Position numbers and translations under genes: made by a program. A DNA stretch of 64,000 nucleotides from Microbotryum violaceum. Its lineage: Eukaryota. Positions 41,740 through 52,444 of this stretch are shown piece by piece. Where the stretch lies: the NCBI GenBank assembly GCA_001244265.2, contig LN717261.1:3115591-3179590 (forward strand). Direction: 5' to 3'. Below the pieces are notes generated by a model, which was given only the letters and a program-made list of their open reading frames with translations, was not told where the DNA came from and searched no databases. Each line of letters starts with the position of its first letter. Position 1 is the first letter of the stretch.

Positions 41740-44251
41740 CCAGTGGGAACCCGTTAAATTAACGGGAGGATGAAATTCAAATAGCAGGATAATTGTACAG
41801 TCTACGTGATTTCAGGTTAAAAAAGCCAATACGAAGAAGAAACAAAATCCATTCATCCTACATTCATCGCCAAAACAGCCTGCATGTCGCTTGCTGCCAG
41901 ACTTGGCTTCAAACACTCGTGCAATGAGATCCGGACGGTTGCATGCTTTGTCGTTCGGCCCCAGTGCAGCCTTGGTTTGCGGTGATTCAGGAACGCACGT
42001 TATCGTGATGAGCAGCGGAGGCTTTCCATGTTTGACAACGCACGCCATAGCATCCTGGTATCGCTGCATGATGTCGCGCGGTCTATTCTTGAACATCGAG
42101 CCCAAAGTCATCGAGCGTCCAATTTGGTCCGGGGTTAAGCCGTTGATGCCTTGGGTCGTGGTGAGGTGTAGGTTTTTTTAATGCAACCGGATGTAGTTGA
42201 GTCGATCGGTCTCAGCCTGGGAGTATCTTTTGATCACGAACGCCGGGAAGGGACGTTGAGTGCCATGCGGGCTTGTCGCGTTTGTGCAAGTAGAACGCAA
42301 AGGATTTGTGAACGCGAGACTCACCACCTTGACCCCCTTTACTTGACCTTCGTCGTAGGTGTTCAAACATTCAATATCAGTCTGTGCTCGCGCCTTAACA
42401 GAATGGAACACCCGAGGAGGAGCCAAAGATGCTTATGTTCACCATCACCGTTCTCTTCGTCCCCTTCCTCCTCGTCCTCACCTTCTTTGTTGCGGTCTTT
42501 TGGCGAAGAGTGGCCCAACTCGATCGAACCGCAAAGAGGAATGTTGGGGTGGAAGCCATCTTCCCCCGCGGGGAAGAGTAGTGGGTACCGGAGAGGCATT
42601 CCAGACGGATGGAGCGAGCTAAAGATTTGGTACTTGGGCCGACCATCGGGACATCGATCACCGTGCACCTGGGGAATACGACCTTGCGGTCCACGATCTC
42701 CCGTGTTGGTGTCGGAATAAGTATTGCCATTTCCGTGCTTGACGTAGGAGGGTTGTGGGTACGTCGGTCCCGGCCTGGCGGGAGGCAGAGGCGCAGGATC
42801 CACTCTTTGGCCGTATCCCAACCTGCGCGAGCTTGGCCAATGCAAACAGGCTCACAAAGCGAATGTTGGTACCAACGTGAACTCGAGCTTGGTCAACGTA
42901 GATCTTTGTATGCGACTGTCTGGGCTGTCGGGTCCAAGTAGAGTGTCGGTGGCCTCGGCCGGGTCGATGAGCCATGTTTGGGCAAAGGCTGGGCGTTGAT
43001 TCACGGCAGGGATCAGGGCGCTAAGTCGATGACAGCGGCGACCGAACACGCGAAACACGGGGAGTCCTAGAGTGCCCAGCCGTGTCTGGTTGAAGTGAAA
43101 GACGGCGCGTTGTTGTGCGACCGGGCGTTTTCGCGGAATGCTTGAGCTCCTGTGTAGGTGCATCGCACAGTTCAACATGCGGGTCTACCGCAGACGGAAG
43201 TTGTTGGATGGAGCAACTGACCGCTATCCTTTAAGTAGATTTCGATATTTGGGATTGGGCCGGAGAGAGGAGGTAGCTGCACCTTGCCCGGCGAGCAGCA
43301 CGTGCTGTAGTGTCCGGTCGACTTCGACCTTTCGTACTCCCAGTGTCGAGCTTTGTGGTGGATACACACGGCCATTTGGGGCCGAGGTAGTCGCGGATGG
43401 GAACGTGGGGCTTGAGTGGTTTGAGCGCGGTTCGAGGCCTGCGCACTTGCCTCTGCGCAGGAAGAGGTGGTGGTGGGGCGAGCTCAGCGTCGGATCGGCC
43501 ATCGGGCCCTCGCGCTGACCACGCTGTCCGTTTTACAAAGCTGTACGGCGGACGCTTATACGGGTCGCAATACCAAGGTCGGTTGATTGTTGTCATTACG
43601 CGCGGGGAGCTGATCCTGTTGATCGGAGCGGGACGAAGAGGAGAGGAGATGAGCGGGGCGCTATCGTACGGCGCTACCCTCGCGCCAAAGACTCGGCGCG
43701 GTTGTCACGCAAATTCGATGAGAGTGGGAGGGAAAAGGCGAAAGTTGGAGAGAGTAGCGCGGGAGTATTCACAGGAGTATTCACAGCGCCTGGAACCTCA
43801 TGTTGTTGTTGAGCCCCTAAAATCGGTATCGGGATGCCAGAAATACGTCACGTGATCGACGGGGCATCCCGCATGCAGCGTAGCGGCGGCCGCGTCCGCG
43901 CGTCAACGACAGCGAGACCACGCCTGAGCTCTGTAGAAGAAGTGTCATGTAATCCCACGCGCTTCCTATACATTAAATCATACACAAACTGCTCAATAGT
44001 TGGGAACCCGGCCAAAAATCAACAAAAAATGTCCTCGGGCTGTAGCACGACTTTCATGATGCAGAAAATGCGGAAAGGGTCGTACATGACTTCTGGTCGG
44101 GACGCCAATATCACAGGCAGGTGCGGCAGACCCAATACTGTACTGGTACATTCACTATAGGCGGCCCAGAGGGCCACAACACAGTCCAAAACAGCGATCT
44201 TAGGTACATGGGTCGCGGATCGACCTTTTTTTATATATAGAGGTAGTAAAG
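41740..44251 (-). mobile_element. Non-autonomous Helitron family B, copy 2
   Basis: Same 3' hairpin and CTGG|T, same truncated RepHel N-terminus, 5' end CTTTACTACCTCTATATATAAAAAAAGG. Confidence 0.85.
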
Positions 44252-44370
44252 TAAAGGCCAAAAAGGGCGTTTTTCCACATGCGCCTCGGGCTGGGCTTTC
44301 GGGGGGGTCCTCCGAGCGCGCGCCTCTCCAGGGCCTCTCCAGGCTTCTCCAGGATCCAGGCAGCTCCAGG

Positions 44371-45932
44371 AGGACCCCCGAAAGCCCAGCCCGAGGCGCA
44401 TGTGGAAAAACGCCCTTTTTGGCCTTTTTGTCAAAGTTTTTTACCCTATTTTGGCCCCAAAATTTCACATGCGCCTCGGAAATATTATCAAAATGTGTTC
44501 TACATGTTCCAAAAATCGCTCAAACGTCCTCGAAAACGCGTTCCGAGCGTTTGCGGGCGCGCGGCGGCCTATCGAAAGTGGCTTGCGGCGCGCTTCGGCT
44601 GGTGTTGCGCGTGCCTCCAGGCTTCAAACAATCCTTCCGTGCTTTGCTGGCTGGCTCGCTGCTTCGTTGTCAGACCTCCTTTTTGCTGAAGTTGAGCTCC
44701 TTGTTTCCGCGGTGGCATTTGTGCGGCTTGTAGAGGTTCTGCCGGCGGCATCTCGCAGGCCGGGCACGCTCCGAAGGGCGGCAAACCTTTGCTCGGCAGC
44801 TCATGCTGATTAGGCGCTCATCCGGGTAACATGAGGTAGGGTCCGTGGTTGAACGATATGTAGTCGTTGATGGGCCTAACGAATTGATGGCTTGTCGACC
44901 ATCAATCATGCGGAACGGTATAGTGCCATCAATGAGGTGTGTGAATAGCATGTTTTCTTGATGAGGCGAAGCTCCTGTACGACGACATTTGAGAGTAGAA
45001 CCAACGAGGCGAGCGTGTCTTGGTTGCATTGGTTTGTTGTCACTTTGCTGTAGATGTATCACACTGTAGAACACAAGACTTGTGTCAAACGAGAGCTTCA
45101 CAGCTCAACTGCCACTCAAAACAACGTACCAATTCCGATAGACAGCGCTTCTTCTCCATAAGCAGTTTGATCGTAGCTGAGTGAATGCATGCCACGCTTG
45201 AGGCCAAAGCAGATAAGAGATCCAATCTCCAATGGTGTGGCAGCGGTTACAGCTCCGTCAAGCGATCCAAAATGAGGATAGCGTTGTGCTAGCACTCCAT
45301 ACTGCTTGTCTCTCTCAGGGAGCTTTTCCTAAAGAGTCGGGTAGGGTAAGGTTGAATACTGGGTGGGCTCGTCTTTGGACAACTCGATGTGAAGAGACAC
45401 GTCGGCGGGAGCGACATCGAAAGCGAGGACCTCGGCAACCGTCATGTTGGTGAGCGGCGATAATTGATGAAAGTCATCATCGTTCATATAGTAGTCCTGA
45501 TCTTCGTCAAGAAACAAGCATGGAATCATTTTGTCGTGCTATGCTCCAGTGTCAGAACAAAGTGAAGCGGAACGGAACCTCAGGGGCCCCGTCAATATCA
45601 GCAGTGGGAAGTTATATTTATTGTTATTTTACTTGATAGTGGTACCTAATCCCTAATAATCTTTAACAGCCACTGAACTAAAGTGATTACCGAAAATGGC
45701 TAGTGACTTGTTCAAGCGCGAGCATCGCAAAGCGCGTTTCGAAGCGAAGGCAAACGGGCCCAAAGCCATGCCGTAGGCTGCTCAGGGTAGGCCAAAATTG
45801 GGCCGACTCTGAGTCACGGGAAAATGTCAAAATCTGGACATGCGCCTCGGGGGCGAAACGTGTGTTTCGTCCCAAAATGTCAATTTTTTGCAATGCGCGT
45901 CGATGATTTTCAGGATTTTGGGTCCTCAAAAT
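44371..45932 (-). mobile_element. AGGACCCC family copy 3 (inverted; far end lost at a Helitron insertion)
   Basis: TIR AGGACCCCCGAAAGCCCAGCC at 44371; collinear with copy 2 but with an extra internal deletion. Confidence 0.8.
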
Positions 45933-45963
45933 CCTTAAAACTATCTTCTATCTTCTATCTATA

Positions 45964-46071
45964 CTAGTGCGGTGGCGCGCTTTGCGCGCCATGACGTCAC
46001 GCCACGGGGTTTGTCTCGTTCTAGAATGTTCTTTGTCTCGACGATGTTTTTTATTCTTTAAGTTTTATGGA
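45964..46071 (-). mobile_element. 108-bp mini-Helitron
   Basis: Minus strand reads A|TCCATAAAACTT...TGGCGCGCAAAGCGCGCCA-CCGCA-CTAG|T. Confidence 0.75.
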
Positions 46072-46252
46072 TATCGACGTTTTTTATTCTTTAAGTTTTA
46101 AGGATATATCATCACCCTTAAAATTTAATCGACGTTTTTTATTCTCTAAGTTTTAAGGATATATCATCATCCTTAAAACTTAAGAATAAAAAACGTTTTT
46201 TATTCTCTAAGTTTTAACGTTTTTTATTCTCTAAGTTTTATGGATATCATCA

Positions 46253-46359
46253 TCCTTAAAACTTAAGAATAAAAAACGTCGTCGAGACAAAGAACATTCT
46301 AGAACGAGACAAACCCCGTGGCGTGACGTCATGGCGCGCGAAGCGTGCCACCGCACTAG
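46253..46359 (+). mobile_element. 107-bp mini-Helitron
   Basis: A|TCCTTAAAACTT...TGGCGCGCGAAGCGTGCCA-CCGCA-CTAG|T; near-identical to 45964-46071. Confidence 0.75.
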
Positions 46360-46824
46360 TAAGGAATAAATGACTAAGGAACAAGAGACAAACCACGTGG
46401 CATGACATCATAGACAGCTCCCGGTCTAGCGCGTCCCCAGAACTAGCTAGCGCTGATTCCGCATCGGCGACACCGCTTTGTCTACCTTCGCCGAGGTTCC
46501 ATTCAATAGCACGTGACTCTCTCTGTTCCGCGTGTCCGCCACGTTGACGTCAAAGAACGTCAGAGAACGGGAGACAGACCACGTGGCGACAGACCGTTTT
46601 GTCCACGGTTGTCGAGGTTCCATTTCCCATCCAAGCAGCCTGGCACGTGACCCTCTGCTTTGGGCTTCACTCCACGACGCTCCGTGGCCTTCTGCTGTAT
46701 AACATTCTTCATGGAGAGCAGAGCCCCCAGGGGCAGCCGACGGGTCGCCGATGCGCTGTCCGCAAGGCTGCTTCGCCAAAAGCATCAATCCAGAACTCGC
46801 GCGCGATGACAGTAAAAAACTTGA

Positions 46825-49800
46825 ATGTGTACTCCATGCATGGAAGCCGTTGCAGGGACCCCCTGCCTTCCCGCTCCTCCACTCAACCCAATCTCCGCTC
46901 TATTCCAGACGCCGCCGCCAACAACCTCTGCAACTGCCAAAATGCCAGCTAACTTTCACCTTCCGTCTCTTCAACAACAACCTTCACGGAGAGCACAGGG
47001 GCAGCAGAGGTGTCGGCAACGTAAGCGAGCTGAGCACGCCGCCCGTGAGGCTGCAGGCGCCCCTCCGCACAACCCGACTCCCGCTGCAATCACACAGATG
47101 CCGCCACCAATCGATCAACACGACGACGCACAAAATGGATTGTCGAGTTGGTCTGCACAGGCAGCCGGCAGTCCCAATGTTGCCTGGCAAGTGCGACGGG
47201 CTCGCAGTCCTTCACCTCGGGGCTTGAGATTCGTTCGTCCACGCATGGAAGCGGTTTCAAGCCTTTCTCGCGTCGCTGGTTCAAGTACGGAAGCAACTGC
47301 CACTTCAGCCACTACTGTCGTCGATCAGCAATCTGCGGGGCAGCGTCAACGACAACAACGCACAAGAGAGCCATCGGGCCAGACCGTCCCAACAGCGCTG
47401 CTACCGTTGCCAGAAGGGCCTTTTCCCCGACACGATCTTGGATCAATGACGTTGCAATGTCCGATCTGTTCGGCTCTACACTGGGAGTTCGAAAAATCAC
47501 CGACCCCAGGCGGTGCCACACCGTTCAAACTCTGTTGCGCGGACGGCAAAGTTCGATTGCCCGGGATCGAAAAGCCCCCGCCCGAGCTGCTCGAGCTCCT
47601 GACTGGCGATGGCCCAGGTTAGTACACATCAATTCGTTTAACTTGCTAGAATGAGTACAGCGGACTAACGGCCTCGCTGACTATCCGTGAAACAGTTGAG
47701 ACGATCTTTCGGGACCGCATTCTTGCATTCAACGAAAGCTTTGCTATGGCATCATTTGGCACGAGCAAGGGCCATGGCATCATCAGCGGCTCCGGACCAC
47801 CATCTTTCTACCTTAGCGGAACAGTATTTCACCGTATCGGTACGCTGGCCCCAGGCCCAGCAGACGACCCCGTGTTTGCCCAAATTCTATTCTTGGCTCC
47901 GACCGAACGCATTGAAGCCCGACGAAGATTCAATGGACCGCCGGAAGAAGTTCGACGTCTGGACTCGGCTTATCAGCAGATTGTTCCTGTACTCAACGGC
48001 ATGCTGCGACTCCACAACAGTCGCGTCAAACTGTTCTTGACGGCACAAGAGTTCATGAACAGCGAAGCGTCTCACATGTACCAGCTCCGCTTACTTGCAC
48101 CGCGCAATCGAGACCCGAGAACGTACAACTTGCCGACGCAAGAGGAGGTGGCCGTCCTACTACCCGGAGACGACACCGAGTACCGATCTTCAAGAAGAGA
48201 GATCGTCGTTTGGTTACGTCACCCGCCAAACAATGACAGCAGCAGAATTCAGCTCATTCACGATGGTCACCCTGCACTTATGGCACTCACATACCCGCTA
48301 TTGTTACCGTATGGCAAGGACTGGTACCACGACAGAATCCCCCTCAGCCAAAACGCTATCGCAGCAGAGGCAGCTCGGCGTATGCAAGACAAAAACGGTG
48401 TATTGCAACGCACAACAGATAACACCAACGCCAACCCACAAACCGGAACGGCCGGATCCAAACATGTGACACAGAGCCAATTCAACACATATTACTTCCA
48501 TATTTGTCCTCACAATATCAGTTACCCGACGCTGTTCCTAGGGGGGCGGTTGTTCCAGAAATTTGTTGCGGACGCCTGGGCAATGACTGAACAAGAACGG
48601 CAATATTGGATGAGAGCGAACCAGAAAAAGCTCAGAGCTGAAGAGTATTTGTCCCTTCAAGCAAGCCTGGCTGAAGGACTCGATCCCGCACAGATTGGCA
48701 AAAGAGTCATTCTACCGTCCTCACACACCGGATCACCACGCCAAATGATCCAACTTTACCAAGATGCTATGGCCATCGTTCGTGTTTTTGGTGCTCCGGA
48801 CATATTCATCACGATGACATGCAACCCGTCCTGGTCGGAAATTGTGAACGCGTTGCTTCCGGGCCAAACCGCATCCGACCGTCCCGACATACCACACGGG
48901 TCTTTCACGGAAAATTGAAAGCACTTCTTGCGGAGGTATTAGGTGTTGGTCGTGCGTCGGGAGTCTTTGGAAAGGTATGTCATTGGCGCGGTCAATCCTT
49001 AAAATATAAAATGAATAGAATGCTCACGAGCCTCAATTCTTTGCACAGGTCATCGCATATGTCTATGTTGTCAAATTTCAAAAGCGCGGACTGCCTCACG
49101 CCCACATCTTTTTGATCATGGACCCAGAAGACAAACCAGAAACAAACGATGACTACAACAAGATAGTCACCCCAGAAATACCGGACCGCGACAAATTTCC
49201 CGCATTGTTTGAGACCATCACAAACTCCATGCTACACCGGCAATGCAATCGTCCCGGCAACCATACCTGCCACGACAAACATGGAAAATGTACCAAACGG
49301 TTTCCTAAGCGACTCCAACCACGCACGACCAGCGAAGACGGTGGTTATCCACACTACCGGCGTCGCGGCATACACCAATATGTCAAATTCCCGGGCACAG
49401 CGCAAGAAGAAGTTTATACGGATGCAAACGTTGTTCCAACAAATCCGTTCTTTGCGTCCAAGTACAACTGTCATGTCAACGTAGAAATCGCAAGCGGCGT
49501 TGCTGCGATCAAGTACCTGTACAAGTACGTTTACAAGGGCCACGACCGTACTTCATTCACGACCGTACTTCATTCACGACCGTACTTCATTCACGACCGT
49601 ACTTCATTCACGATCGACGAACCCGGAGCTCAAGACGAAATCAACAACTTCCTTGACGCTCAATATGTTTGCGCCCCCGAAGCCATTCACCGGATATTTT
49701 GATTCAGGATGCACGATCGAGATCCCGCAGTGGCCAGACTTGCACTGCACCTCCCGAATGAGCAACAAGTTCGGTTCGACCCAGATCACGGAGCACCGGA

Positions 49801-52109
49801 TTTATCAGCGCCACCGGAAACAACGTTAACCGCCTTCATCAAATTGTGCGCCAAGACGCCGCCCAATCACAACGCACAAGATTTGCTTTACGTCGAAGTG
49901 CCAACCCGTTTCACATGGAACAACAAAGATTGTGCTTGGGTTCACAATAAGTTGACAACCGGACAATCAGAAGAATCTACTTTTGTGGTCCTGAAGGCGG
50001 AGAGTGATACTACTTGCGGCTACTTCTTCTCAAGGTGCCTTCTCCAACATCGTTTGCAGATTTGAAGACTTTCAATGGTGTTGAGTCCCGAACATTCTGG
50101 GAAGCCTGTGTCCAACGGGGGCTCCTACGCAACGACGCTGAAGCCTACAGATGTCTGACCGAGGCAGCCGTCTTCCGTACTGGCCACAAGCTGCGACACC
50201 TGTTTGCTATGCTGTTAACGGCCGATGATGGAGGCACAAACGCGGCGCAGTTATGGATGAAGCACTATGACAACCTCACCCAAGACGTTGAACACCAGCT
50301 ACGAAACCAAAGACGGCAGCCAATCATCACACCCGAGCACGTAGCCAGCTGGGGGCTGCTACAGCTCAGCAATATTCTGCAACGACTCGACTCCTCATTG
50401 TCAAACCACGGCCTGCCGCTGCCAACGATTCAGTTCAATGACAAAGCTTCAACAAATCGTCTCATCATGGAGGAATCAGTCACAGCAGCAGAACTCGACG
50501 AATTGGAGGGTCTCTGGAGGAACAACTTCGAGTTGTGCAACGCCGAACAACGCGTTGTTGTTGAGACAGTTCTTGACTCGATTCTGAACAGCCGCGGAAA
50601 AGTCTTTTTTATTGATGCTCTGGGAGGGACAGGCAAAATGTTCTTGGAAAAAACAATCCTTGCTCGGATTTGCTCAGAGGGAAAATACACTCTTGCTGTT
50701 GCATCATCGGGTATTGCTGCACTGCTACTGCCAAAAGGCAGAACGGCACATTCACGGTTCAAGATCCCGATCGACATCTTCGACGACTCTACGTGCAATG
50801 TTCCAAAACAAGGACAGCTCGCCGAGCTTTTTCGGATGTGCGACTTGATTGTCTGGGACGAGGCACCAATGCAGCACCGTCGATGTTTCCAGCTGGTGGA
50901 CAGGATGTTGCAAGATGTGCAATCGTCAACGGCTTGGTTTGGTGGACTGACCGTCGTGTTGGTAGGTGAGTGCCAATCTTTCAACAGCACAGCACAGCAC
51001 AGCATGACTCACTGACTGATTGGACTGTGACATCACAGGGGATCCGAAGCAATGCCTTCCCGTTATTCCCAAGTCATCGCCTGCACAAATTGTCGACGCT
51101 TGCATCATGAATGCTGACTTCTGGGGGGAAGTTGAGGTGCTGCATCTCTCTGTAAGTAGTAATCCTTCCTTGACTTTCAGACCCTATACTAACCGTGGCA
51201 CGGTGCAAGCACAGACAAACATGCGGCTTCTGGCCGCTGCAGACCGCATGACCGAAACGGAACGGGAAAAGGCACAGGACTTTGCAAATTGGCTCTTGAG
51301 AGTTGGAGACGGCTCGGTGAACAAAACAGAAGACTCTATTGCGCTCCTGCGTGAGCTTCTCCTGCCGGCGACCACGAGGAACAGATCAGGCTTGATCAGA
51401 CACGTGTATCCCGTCCCCGCGCTCGACCTTGACAATATGTCACTAAGCGCAAAAATTGAATACTTCCGAAATTGAGCAATTCTGGCGCCCAAGAACTTGC
51501 AGGTGGATCAGATAAACGACATGGTGCTCGACCTGCTGCCAGGAGACCCTCAGACGTTCTACAGCGCGGATTTGGTCAAAAACGAAGACGAATCAATATT
51601 CTCGATCGAGTACCTTCAGAGGCTCAACATCCCCAGGATGGCGTTGCACGCTGCAAAATTCAAAGTGGGATGTCCCGTTATGCTCCTCAGAAACTTGGAC
51701 CCCGCCGCGGGGCTGTGCAACGGCACCAGGCTGTTGTTAACTCGGTTACACACCCGCGTGCTCGAAGCCATCATTCTCACAGGAGATCATGCTGGACAAC
51801 CGTTTTGTTGCCACGGATCATGCTGAAGACAGGGTCATCGGCTGAGCTTCCATTCACTCTGCACCGGACGCAGTTTCCGATTTGGCTCGCAATGGCTATG
51901 ACGATCAACAAGTCGCAAGGCCAGTCACTTGCGCAGGTAGGAGTCTGTCTGGAGACGCCCGTCTTTTCTCACGGCCAGTTATACGTCGCGTTGTCTCAAG
52001 CAACAAATGTGGATGATGTCAGAGTTTTGCTTCATCAGGCAGAGAATGAAGAAGCAACAATGTAACAGAAAACATCGTCCTTAGAATGGTTTTTGAGTTG
52101 ATGAAATGA
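46825..52109 (+). pseudogene. Helitron Rep/PIF1-helicase (RepHel), intron-containing, with stops and frameshifts
   Basis: Zn finger CPICSALHW..CCADGKV; Rep motifs FITMTCNPSW, FQKRGLPHAH (HUH), KYLYKYVYKG; helicase [48 protein letters not shown]; introns starting near 47618, 48975, 50966 and 51152. Confidence 0.95.
49541..49608. repeat. 17-bp tandem repeat (CACGACCGTACTTCATT)x4 inside Rep
   Basis: Directly visible. Confidence 0.95.
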
Positions 52110-52444
52110 AGAGTTATGTCAAAGCTCCATAGTGAAGCTCCGCCAGTTCCAATCAGCAAGTGAAGGATGGCGATGTCGGGAGGCATCCATGAAAAGGTCC
52201 ACACTTTCAACGCGGGTCTCGACGACGGTCTCAGCCCATCATTGGGCTCCCAGAGAACAAAAAAGGAGTTCAGTGATGAAATGAAGGCTCTGTATATCTG
52301 ATCGTCGTCGCACACTTCTCTACTGACTTCAACCACTACGCTTCCGTTACTCAGCAGTACCGCAGCTGTTGCAACCAAGTACATCACATTGCAGGTCAAC
52401 GGTTACGGTGTGAGGTGGCGCGCAGAGCGCGCCGCCGAACCTAG

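Larger units (their letters stand above)
35329..44311 (+). mobile_element. AGGACCCC family copy 2, interrupted near its right end by a Helitron block (37349-44251)
   Basis: Left end GGGACCCCCGAAAGCCCAGCC; body 35385-37348 aligns with the reverse complement of 44430-45932; the right end resumes at 44252 and finishes GGCTGGGCTTTCGGGGGGGTCCT. Confidence 0.8.
45933..52444 (+). mobile_element. Helitron family A, full-length, decayed
   Basis: 3' hairpin GGTGGCGCGC-AGA-GCGCGCCGCC (52414-52436) then CTAG|T; complete RepHel gene. The 5' TC lies somewhere in 45932-45957 and is not fixed exactly. Confidence 0.88.

Noticed and set aside
46072-46252. CRISPR-like array
   Set aside because: Units occur in both orientations without unique spacers, match Helitron 5' ends, and the DNA is eukaryotic with no cas genes.
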